Assembly (NCBI RefSeq): GCF_000743755.1
Contig: NW_014569505.1
Span: forward strand, 1-48,052
Source: Blastocystis sp. subtype 4
Taxonomy: Eukaryota
Direction: 5' to 3'
Length of the DNA: 48,052 nucleotides
The translations under genes were made by a program, and so were the position numbers. The notes under the pieces are model-generated. The model ran no database searches. It was not told where the DNA came from and saw only the letters and a list, made by a program, of their open reading frames with translations. This document shows positions 10,452-20,700 of the stretch, piece after piece. Each line of letters starts with the position of its first letter. Position 1 is the first letter of the stretch.

Positions 10452-11816
10452 CTAGAAAAATGTGACACCGCGTTCCTCGCACTGATGAATTACAGGTTGA
10501 GAAACACAGCAGCCCTTGATCCCCACACGAACCAACCGTCTACAATGCTGTAACCGCTGGAACGTTTCATCCGTCAACTTGTCGCACCACATCACATTCA
10601 CTTCACGCAGAGGAAGAGTTTCATTCACATTACGAAAGGCGGCATCTAGAGATTATCAACAAGGAGTATCTTCACCAGTCAAATGACAGCAAAATGCAGC
10701 CGAAAGATGCGTGATTGGAAGGGATCCCAAGATTGCGCTGACTCCCACATCGGTGATGGAACTATTATCAATTGTAAGGGATGTTAAACGATGAGAATCT
10801 TTCAATTAGAGAGACTACGATCCATTACAGTGCGCTAGACAACAGAGTGTGGAATCCCCGATAGAAGACGAGTTGGCGATACTGAGTTCCTTTAGTCGAG
10901 TAGCATGCATCAAAAGCTCCTTCAGAACAGAATCACTCACCTCTGCATGACTGACAGTGAGAGAACACCTCTATACCTACTCCATCCGAAGGGATGTGAG
11001 ATATTCACTGTGTGGAATCAGTACACGGAACGACTCATCGGCTACAGCACGAATATAACTAACATCGAGTTCCGTGAAGAAAATGACAAACAGCTTTTGG
11101 AGAGCGTCTTGACTGATGTGGCGACAGTAAGAAATATCCAGATAACGCAACTGACTGCAGTTCTTGACGATAGCCACAGCAAACTCACCCGATAACTGAG
11201 AGCATCGAGAAAGACAGAGTTTCTACAGAATCAATGCCACATTTCTTGCCAACTCGTAGCGAAACCAAAGCATGCAAGCCATAGAACAAGGAACAAGAAG
11301 TGATAAATGGACCATCTGTGATCAGAAAACACCCACGAAGAGAAAGAACCTCCAGTTTCCAGCAGTTTTGTAAAATGGACTGAAGGGAGTAGTTTGAAAG
11401 CTGTTTACAACCATCAAGGATGAGTGTATTCTGTGAATGAGTAAAAGAAAAACAAAATGACCAAATTCTTACAGTAGAAGCTGATCTGACGAAGAACAGA
11501 GTTTCGAAGGAAATCGCATCCTGTTAAATTGAGAGAATAACAAATGCTAGGTAAAAATTGACATAGAATACCCTCAGATAACTAGAAATCACTGAAATAT
11601 CGAAAGGAGACCTTATTCTGCTTCCGAAACATATCAAGAATGTACTCAATAGCGTCAACATTTGCCCTATGAATAAGAAGGTAGAAAAAGCATTATCTAC
11701 GCATGTAGACGCTTCAGGATCTCACTTCGATATTTCCGATTGTCCCAATTTGCAACAATCTGCTGGGCACAATACTCCATTAAGGTGTTGGAATACGGAT
11801 TGTCAGGATCGTTCAT
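10452..11816 (-). CDS. Cysteine-containing leucine-rich repeat protein (AMN1/FBXL/Rad7-like) with an N-terminal BC-box-like motif
   Basis: At least 7 GT-AG introns of 30-34 nt. Repeats such as LNLTGCDFL, LILDGCKQLS, LSLRGCFLITD, LCLSRCSQLS, LDISYCRHIS, VNVMWCDKLTD. N-terminus MNDPDNPYSNTLMEYCAQQIVAN. TAG at 10454-10452. Confidence 0.75.
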
Positions 11817-11970
11817 TCAACAGCAATGACTATTCGTCGACTCCAATGTCATACACTGATCCTGGTTGGAGTATCCGACACAAAGATTAGTATTCTTTGA
11901 TACGTGATTTTCTCACAACAAGGTCGTAATCTCGTTTGGAATATACCATATACAGCGAAAGACAGAAAGC

Positions 11971-12728
11971 ATGAGTGTACTCATCAAACTCTATGGGAGT
12001 TATCTTTCCGTACAGTAATGGGACGAAGAATTTATCGGATTAGAAACATCCTATAATAACAAAGTCTCTCTCCTCAATGGTCATTGGGAGTGCTGGTGAT
12101 GTAGCTGCACAGTACCTGACTCGGAAGAGTGGTTTCTGGTATTTTAGTTTCATTCGTAGAAGATGAGCCCTTTCGTGTGGATGTATTTCGTACATTTCGA
12201 ATTGCTGTAGGAATGAAGACTAGACGTTATTGTGTAGTGTATGAACTTTGGTTATGGATTTATGTCTCACTTTTGGTAGAACCAGCTTTTCAGGTATGAA
12301 TCCTAGGTACAATGCATTAGATAAGATGGTTGTATCAACTGGTACAAAAGCTGTCATCAACAAGATGCTAATCGATCAATTCATTTTTGTTCCAATTTGT
12401 CAAATCCTCTTTTATTCTGGCAATTCAATCATGGAAGTACTTGATTATGGATTCAGTTGAAGGACTAGTCCCCTCATGATCAACCCCATGCTTCTATCGT
12501 CAAATTGAAGCAAGTACTTCTTCCATCACTCCTAGTAGGAATGCAGGTGAATGGTAACATCAAGACGAATTATTCTGTATGGCCACTATTGCAACTCATC
12601 AACTTCCGTTTTGTTCCTCTTCAAGTAGTCATTATTCATAAATGATCATGGATAGTACCAGGTGTTATATCTTAGTTGTGGTTTGTTCTTTTGGAATATC
12701 TTCCTTTCTCATATGGCAAATAAGAAAT
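11971..12728 (+). CDS. Mpv17/PMP22 family membrane protein; stop codon probably completed by polyadenylation
   Basis: Seven 28-34 nt introns. Motifs YLSKHPIITKS..GSAGDVAAQY, FRTFR, HFWYNALD, KMLIDQFIFVP, NYSVWPLLQLINFRFVPLQYQV, WNIFLSHMANKK. The next base T12728 lies 5 nt before TGTTTGTT. Confidence 0.85.
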
Positions 12729-12732
12729 CTAG

Positions 12733-12747
12733 TGTTTGTTACAAACA
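12733..12747. terminator. Bidirectional palindromic poly(A) element TGTTTGT-T-ACAAACA
   Basis: Reads TGTTTGTT on + (12733-12740) and TGTTTGTA on - (12747-12740), each with a 4-nt spacer after the terminal T of a convergent gene. Confidence 0.75.
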
Positions 12748-12751
12748 GAGA

Positions 12752-13733
12752 AATGAACCCATGACGGTTTCTGCTTACTGAAGAAGCAATTCATTCCTTC
12801 TTTCCCTTCTTGACTCTTACGTCGTTCACATAACATGTTTACAGTGATTTCAGCTTGTTCTCTATTATTGAATCATTGTTCAATTCCTACGATGGACTCT
12901 TCCCTTCGATAGCATCGATAAGATCACTAACTAAACCCACAGCAGCAGGAGCCCCTGCCATTACCAGTTTCCTCCATTCCTTTTCATATGTCATCATAGC
13001 TGCTTCACTCTCCACGATCTTATCCACTAAACCAATTCTCAATGCATCCACAGCAGGAATACGTTCCGGGATCATCATGTATCGTCTTATGTTTCATCTA
13101 TCTCTTTCCTCTTACTTGCAGTTGGCCTTTCCAATTCGATTCAGCACGAAAGGAGATACGACAGCAGGAATGATTCCAAGACGAACCTCCGAGAAAAGAA
13201 ACCAAGAATCTGATAGAGCCACGACAGTCTTTGCAGCCGAGCACAGACCAATCCCTCCACCAATGCAACCTCCTTTCACCAAGCACAGCGTGGGAATACG
13301 TAACTGCTCACACGCTTGAAACATAGTTCGAAGTTTCATAGAGTCAGCCTTAATTTCTTGCTCATTCATGCTATCTCATTATTGGCAGATTCCTCGGTTA
13401 CTTGGCAGTATCCTTCATCCACGTCAAATCAGCACCAGCACAAAAGTAATCTCCATTTCCTTTCACAATTAATCCTCGAATCGTCTGGTCTTTACTAATA
13501 GACGAAAAGGCCGTTGACAACTCTGCGATGGTTTGACCCGAAAAGGCATTCTTCTTTTCAGGACGATTGATTGTGACTGTTGCAATCTTGCTATCATCTA
13601 CCTATCGGTTATAAAGCCATTCGACCGCCACCTGAACCAATACTTGTGGATTCGTTTCCACAGAGAACTGTCTAATCAAACTTGTTCTCCTTATGATTTG
13701 AGGCAGATAGCGTAGAGAGATACGACTCAACAT
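12752..13733 (-). CDS. Crotonase-fold enoyl-CoA hydratase, methylglutaconyl-CoA hydratase (LiuC)-like, with a mitochondrion-type presequence; stop probably completed by polyadenylation
   Basis: Four ~30-nt introns. Presequence MLSRISLRYLPQIIRRTSLIRQFS, then TINRPEKKNAF, FCAGADLTWMK, GGCIGGGIGL, FSEVRLGIIPAVVSPFV, ALRIGLV, and ..EGKEGMNCFFSKQKPSWVH followed by T at 12752. Confidence 0.85.
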
Positions 13734-13811
13734 CTCTTCTTTGTGAAAAATAGAAAAAGTCTACAAAAGTGTCACTACATAAAACGGCCAATTTCAGTAA
13801 TCCACTCAATC

Positions 13812-14732
13812 ATGGGAAAGAAAGAGCTTGATCCTGTGCAAAAGTATCGTAAGAATCTAAAGAAGCAAGTGAAATACTTTGGGGATAGATGATTAGTAGA
13901 AGTATGAAAAGAACGAAAGAGAGCGGAAACAACTTCGCAAGGAGATGGGAAAGAAGTTAGATGCCGATAAGATCCATCAGCGTGTAGATGCATTTGAAGG
14001 CGATTAGTTCTAGTTAGCATTTCTTGAAAAGGAGGAGCAAGCTGGAAGGATGACTGTTGGAATGCGAAATGAGAAAACCGAAGTAGATGATTCCTGTTTG
14101 TACTGATTTGAAGTTATCAATGCAGTTAAAAACCATTTCCAAGAAGCGGAAAGAAACAGATTACAAATTCATGCCAAAAGTAACGTAAGCGTCGATTGAG
14201 CAATTTGATGGATAGAATCAATGAGATGCGAGGAGCAAAGGGACGTATCTCTTGTGGACTGTAAAGTGATTTTCTAGATAACCAACTTGATCTAGAAGAT
14301 AAGGAGAAGAAGGAGATATCTATGCCCGATTTACACAATACTCCACCTCCTCCTCCACCCATTGCGGGTCCTCATATCCCTGTTCAGATTAGCAATCCGT
14401 TTGCAGCACCATCGAAGCCTGTAAATGTTGGTTCGGTAACAGTTTCGTCATCCATGATTCCTTCAACTGTGAAACGACACACAACTTCTCTAGTTGAAAA
14501 GAAAATAGAGACAGAGAAGAATCCCATCGCTGCTTCGCTCGTATCAACATTACCTTCCACAAATCAGATTGAGCAAGAATCGTTCGTTCCTGGACCCCAA
14601 CTCCGATTTACCCTTGTTCCTTACGGAGAGCAAGAGTCTGATGATGAGGTTCCTCCACCACCGCCTCCAGAACAACCGTCTAACGACGATAAAGACCTAG
14701 CAGATTTCATGGCATCCATTGCTGGTTTGTGA
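13812..14732 (+). CDS. WBP11: WW domain-binding protein 11 (WBP11/Saf1)-like splicing factor
   Basis: Five 30-33 nt introns. N-terminus MGKKELDPVQKYRKNLKKQKYEKNERERKQLR resembles the Wbp11 domain; poly-Pro tracts; C-terminus DDKDLADFMASIAGL* matches the family's acidic-FM..GL ending. Confidence 0.7.
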
Positions 14733-14734
14733 AT

Positions 14735-14750
14735 TGTTTCTTAACAAACA
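14735..14750. terminator. Back-to-back poly(A) elements: TGTTTCTT (+) and TGTTTGTT (-)
   Basis: TGTTTCTT at 14735-14742 starts 5 nt after the T of the WBP11 TGA. AACAAACA at 14743-14750 is TGTTTGTT on the minus strand, downstream of the snoRNA-containing intron. Confidence 0.6.
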
Positions 14751-14800
14751 AAAACAACTATTCTACACAACATTAGACGAATTCTGCAAGAAACATTATG

Positions 14801-14876
14801 AAGCGATTCAGAGATTGTTCACAATATCCACATGGTCCTTTTCAGACAGGGATAACTTTGTACATCATTTTCGCTT
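14801..14876 (-). ncRNA. snR38: Box C/D snoRNA, snR38/SNORD1-like, predicted to guide 2'-O-methylation of the LSU rRNA G equivalent to yeast Gm2815
   Basis: On the minus strand: terminal stem AAGCGA...TCGCTT, box C-like ATGATGT, guide AGTTATCCCTGT (antisense to conserved LSU ACAGGGATAACT) directly followed by box D' CTGA, and terminal box D CTGA. The D'+5 rule points to the second G of ACAGGG. Confidence 0.85.
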
Positions 14877-15103
14877 ACCAATGTTCATAGTTGACACAGA
14901 GAATCAATACATACCTAAACTAAAGGAAACAAATCTAGAATGAAGATAATTGTGGTAATATGAGTTTGTGGTAACGTGGAATTCATCTGATTGGTCGCGG
15001 GATCCCAAGAATTCTGTTTGCTCCATTCTATAGCATATACTCAAAACACTATCTCCAAAGACTGGTAGACCAAGGACAATGAGAAATTTATTTCTAGTAA
15101 GAT

Positions 15104-17387
15104 ATGGAAGGGGAAAACAAGACAATTCCATCAGAACCTACGGAAGATGCACCGGTTTCAACGGAAACAATCAGTAAGGAGATGGAACGTCGTGATCAGT
15201 ACAAATTGTATGTGACAAATCTGAAAACATGGATGACTCAGAAAGAAGCTCAAAAGTTATTTCAAGAGAAGAAAGTTGATGGAATCAAGTGCGAAATGAA
15301 TACAAGGATAATAGATAGATCTGTGAAGAAACAACGTGGGAAACAGTTTGCATTTGTGACTTTCCATTCTGTCGAGTCCAGAGATTTGGCAAGAGAAGTG
15401 ATTGAACAAATTGAGGTAGAAGGCAAGAAACTTAAGTGCAAGGATGTCTTTTCTGTTCTCAGAAGTGATATGTAGCCAAACCTTCAAAAGAAGAGAGAAA
15501 AGCATGAACCCAAATCACGAGATGAGGGGGAATTACGTGAGAACAAACGACAGAAAGTGTCAAATGAGGTACCCGAAAGTTTTTACTATTGAAATGACTA
15601 AGGAGATAGATGCAACTACAAATGATGTTGTTGCTCCTTGGTGGAATATTTCATACGAAGAGCAGTTGAGCCGTAAAGAAAAGGAGATGCGTCAAGTATT
15701 GAAACGCTGTAATCGTCGTATAGCCAAGAAGGATCGTGAGAAAGAGAAGAAGGCGAAGGAAGGAGGTCGTGCAGGAAGCATAAAGCAACCTTGTAATGAG
15801 TTTCTTCGAAATGGTCATTGCAAGTATGGTGATCGTTGTAAGTACCTACATCTATCGATAGATGAATATGAAAAGATGGTAAGAGAAGAAAAGGAAGCCA
15901 AAGAGAAGGATGGAGATGAGAAGAAGGATGGAGAGAAACATGAGAATGAACAACAACCAGAAAAGGAAGTAACCATGTCCTCTGATGATGGAGGAGTGGA
16001 GTACTCGAAGGTGAGTGAGGAGGATGGCCAGATCTGTACAATGCTTCCTATTCTTACAGCTGAACCTCATGAAGGATATCGGAATAAGTGTTCCTTTACG
16101 ATTGGTATTCTTCACTCTTCATTCTGACTTATAGGTAAGAACAAAGATGGGCAACCTTGTGTTGGCTTTCGCATGGGAAGTTTCATTAATGGGAATGTGG
16201 TTATTGGTGATATCACGTAAGGATGAATAGCATGAATAATATCAGAGATGTGGTGGTAGTATCACCATTAATGAAACAGGTTGTGACAAGTGTTCAATCG
16301 TTCATTTGTTCGAAATCATATGAAGTCTATGATATGTGTAATCATGTTGGATTCTGGAGATCACTTCTTTTGCGTTATTCAGCTCGAACAGATCAACTTT
16401 GTGTTCTCCTTGTAGTTGGTAATCCTTATGTGAAATCGACCCCCAAAGCAGAAGAGGCAGAAGAATGTCTGACAGACTCGATTCGACAAGAAATCGATTC
16501 AGTTATGCAGGAACTCGTCACTTCGTTAAAGTCTTCGTTCTCATGTCTTGCGTCTTTCGGTTATCAAATGTTGATCTTGATTATCTCCTTCATACATAGC
16601 TTTACTGGTCTATCAAATCCTGGATCCGATTGTCCTACTATCACCATTCACGGTAAGGTTCATTCCTTGTTCTCATGAAGGTCGCCCATATATTGAAGAG
16701 AAGCTCTTCGATCTCACCTTCCGTGTGTCTCCTTATGCCTTCTTCCAGGTCAATACACCTGTTGCTGAGGTTCTCTATAAGAACATTGGTGACTGGCTGT
16801 CTCTTCACGAGAACACATTACTCCTGGATGTGTGTTGTGGAACAGGAACAATTGGTCTCTGTCTCGCGAATCGGGTGAAATATGTAGGACCCAGTGTTTA
16901 TCCTGATGAGTAGTTGATTGGTGTCGATATTGAAGCATCAGCTATTGAGGATGCGAAGTTGAATGCTGTGGCCAATGGAATCACGAACTGCGAGTTCATT
17001 TGTGCTCCTGCTGAGAAGGTGATGACAGATCTATTAAAATCAAATGCTGCAAAAGGTAATAGAGATATATGAAGCTAATTCGAAGACTATGACCATATCG
17101 TAATGATCGTGGATCCTCCACGCTGTGGACTTCATAACAATATTATTACTGCCTGCAGAAAGTGTAATGCTATCACAGAACTCATTTATGTATCCTGCAA
17201 TCCAACGGGTTCTTTTGTTGATAATACTTGTGGGTTTCTGAACTACTTTTGATTTGTAGTGAATCTCTGTTGTCAAGTGTCCAGGAGAACTCCTGGATCC
17301 CCTTTTACAGCCCTGAAATCCCAACCTGTCGATCTTTTCCCCTCTACGGAACATTGCGAACTAATGACTCTGTTTGCTCATATGTAA
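15104..17387 (+). CDS. TRMT2A: tRNA (uracil-5-)-methyltransferase TRMT2A/Trm2 homolog with RRM and CCCH zinc finger
   Basis: About 10 short introns. RRM (LYVTNL..FAFVTF), DVVAPWWNISYEEQL, YRNKCSFTIG, GFWRSLLLR, SPYAFFQVN, LLDVCCGTGTIG, IVDPPRCGL, catalytic YVSCN, VDLFPSTEHCE. TAA at 17385-17387. Confidence 0.9.
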
Positions 17388-17390
17388 TAT

Positions 17391-17398
17391 TGTTTGTT
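17391..17398 (+). terminator. TGTTTGTT poly(A) element of TRMT2A
   Basis: Exact motif starts 5 nt after the first A of the TAA stop. Confidence 0.7.
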
Positions 17399-17745
17399 AT
17401 CCAATTGTGTCTCGCTTGATTTCCCCCCCTAAGAAGAGAGACTCGGAACAAGCTTTTATTTGGATTTATTTGATCTTCCAATCATCTTATAATGAGTTAC
17501 GCTGTTAGGAACAAAGGTCTTTATAGCCACAATCAGTCCAAAAAAGGTGGCAAAAAGTGTCGAAAGAACGAAACCCCCGAGTGTTTGGTGATCGACATGG
17601 GTTGATTATCAATATAGAAGTGACCACTGAACAGGTGAAATGCTAATCCAGTTTTGCTTTTGCCATAAATATAGTGTATGTAGGTTAAATATTAATGATT
17701 TCTGAATCGTGATCTTATTTTGCATCTAGATTACTAGGTTTCTAC

Positions 17746-20700
17746 ATGGAAGCTATCGATTCTGATGATTACTCTAGTGTCGGCACTTCCCATCGTGGGG
17801 GAAATGCTGACCGAGACAGTAGAAACAAAGTTGGCGAAAGAGATTCCAAGAGTAAGTGTGTTTGTGTTTTGTTCTGATTTCTAGATATAGACTATGCTAA
17901 ACTAATGGAAGAGTCTGTGGATAAGCTCCGGATGCCTATTACAGATGGAAAGATCCAGCTTGAGGGCTGTAGAGTGTTAGAGTCACTTTCTGAATCTGGT
18001 ATGGGTATTGATATTGTGGTTCATTTAGTAGAGGAGAGTATCCAATTCTTTTGCGAGATGGGAGTCATTCCTGTTCTGATTAAGGCAATGCGCGCCAGAG
18101 GCAGAGATTCCCGGTTTCAGGCTTCCGCTTGTAATACTATCAGACATATAGGAAGTGACGGTAGGATTTAGAGTGTTTCATTGCTAATTATTGTAGGTCG
18201 CATAAAGGATATGGTATTCCAGAATAATGGTGTGGAGAACATCGTGAAGAGTATGCTAAATTTCCCAGACCATGAGGACATCCAGGAAGGTGCTTGTTTC
18301 TGTCTTGAGCATTTCATTGATCATGGTAGATATGATATGGGTTGTTGATCGTAGAGGAGGCAATTAACCGAATGCTTCGAACAAACTGCTTCGAACTTCT
18401 CTGTCAGTGTATGAACAAGTTTTCGAATAACGCCGAATTGCAGACTGCTTCTCTGGAATTGCTGTGTGTCCTGGCGAATAAGGATCCTTCTAAGAGGTCT
18501 GCACTGCTTTCGCGTGGCATTGTCAGCCGAGCCATCCAGAATTGTTTGGATGAGGCTCCTGAACCACTGTTGGCGATGTCACTCACTGCACTGGACTTCA
18601 TGGCGGATACAGAGGAATGTCGTCGTTTGCTGTTGTCCCACCAGGTGTTGCAAGTGATTCTTGATGGTATGGAAGCGTTCCACTCGAATATTGAGGTTGT
18701 ATTACACGGTGTCTCGATTCTAGCCACTCTGGCCATCTTTGACCTCAGTTGTCATGATCTGCTAATGGAGGTAGAGAGTTATGCCACGGTGATCTCCGTT
18801 CTCACTGAGCACGAGGATAGCAAAACAATCCGAACCACTTGTTTTAGCTATCTCGAGTCTATTTTCGCAGACAAGAACCACTGTCTGACGATTTGTGAGC
18901 GTGGAGCATTGCCTTATCTTCTCCGTGATATTGAGAATAGGAAACATGAGAAGTTGGTCAGCTTCCTTAACATTCTGAGTGTTGTATTCAAGCATGGTCT
19001 CACTGTCAAAGAAATCTTCAATTGCGGTGTCTTGGAAAAACTATATAAGATCTTGCGACAGAACGCTGAGGAGCCGGAGGTGGTCTCAGCGAGTTTGCGT
19101 TTGCTGAGTAGTGTGATGACGACTACGGAGATTATCCCTGCTGTTGTTGTCCAGGACTATTTGCCTGCGATCCAGTGGTGTGCGGAGAACTATAAGGAGA
19201 ATCAAGAGGTCAACCTCGAGGTGTTGACCGTGTTGGAGCATCTTGCCACTTCATCAAAGGTGCGTGCTGAGATGGTTCGTTCGAAGTGTATTGACACGGT
19301 GTATGCAATGGAGCCTCTCTTTGTTGACAATGATGTGTATCCTGTGCTGGCCTGTAAGCTGTTCACACATCTCACGGAAAGCAAGGTTATCAACGAAGGT
19401 TTGGGTAATAATGGGATTTTCACCTTCCTTCTCGATGTGTTGAACCACCATATCGGGTCAGTGGAGGTCCTGAATGCCGCAATGACCCTGCTTCGTCAAC
19501 AGTCACATGCAACCGATAAGAACCACAAGAAGGTGGCTACGAAGGAGATGATGATAGTCCTGTGTCAGATCATTCTGGGTGAGGATCACAAGAATTCGCT
19601 TCTTGCTAGCGAGAATCTGGCGGACATCTTGAATTGGAAGAAGTCTCTGGGGGCAGAGTTGTCTCAGGAGGAGTTGCATCAACTCTGTCAGAGTCTGGTA
19701 TCTTGTGTGGATGGTCCTGAAGCCGTCACAAGCTGTGTGGAGTTCTTGAAGGCGATTGGAACCCGTTGTAGTCCCTCCATTGAGAGTTTCTTGTTGCTCC
19801 TGTTTGCCCTCATGAGCTGTCCATCTGTGGACGATGCAAGCCAGTTGGCGATCCTGGAAGTGTTGCGTTCAATCATCTTCACTGACATGTATGGTCAGGT
19901 GATGAGTGCTCCTTCATATCTCATTCGGTTCTTGGGCATTGTTGAGGATTGGAAGAAGACCCCGGAACGTCTGGCTGACTTGTTGACGTTGAATGAGAGT
20001 GTATTGACGAGTAAGACGTGTATCCCTACGTTCATCAACTGTGGAGGTGTGCCTCTGTTCACAGGTTTGGCGAAGGAGTTTGATCAGGAAGTTCTATTGA
20101 CTCCTGTGTTCTCTGTATTAGCAGGTGCGTTGAGTAGCAAGAATGCAGTTCCTATCTTCTTGAATAGCAAATGTATGGATCGTGTTCATGATGTGATGGA
20201 GCGATTCCGTGAGAACAGCAAATTACAAGTGGCCTGCTGCCGTGTGTTGTTGTATGTAGCGACGACTCGAGGAGGTGTAACATACGTGATGCAGTCGAAG
20301 TGCTACGAGACCGCTATTGTGAGTTTAGAGCCTGTGGACGATGAGTATATGGAAGTATGCAGCAATTTGTTCAGTATGTTGACTCGGGATCCTGTGAATC
20401 ACTACAAGCTGGTTGATGTTGGTGTTATACAGGCATTGTTGCGTATTCTGGGAGAACAGTCTGCTGATGAAATTGCAGAGCCTGCTCTTGTTGCTGTGAA
20501 GAATCTGATTCAGAATCCAGAGATCGTTCCGAAATTCACGGAGGAGGCGAACTTAACTGCGTTGTGTGCTTCCTTCTCTCATATTCGAGGTCAGGCCCAT
20601 GCGATCTTGTGTGATGTACTGGTTCAGATTCTGGGAGCTGTGAAGGAGTTCCCGAGTCCTCTTTCTGAGACAGTCACGGATACGATTGTGTCTTTGACAG

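Noticed and set aside
14940..15085. Possible H/ACA snoRNA (ACAGAA, ACA triplets, small hairpins, TTGTGGTAA direct repeat)
   Set aside because: No convincing two-hairpin fold or rRNA target by eye; it could equally be promoter sequence. An Infernal search would decide.
6808..17387. Fragmented ORFs read as pseudogenes or frameshifts
   Set aside because: The breaks I checked are all explained by ~30-nt introns that restore conserved motifs.
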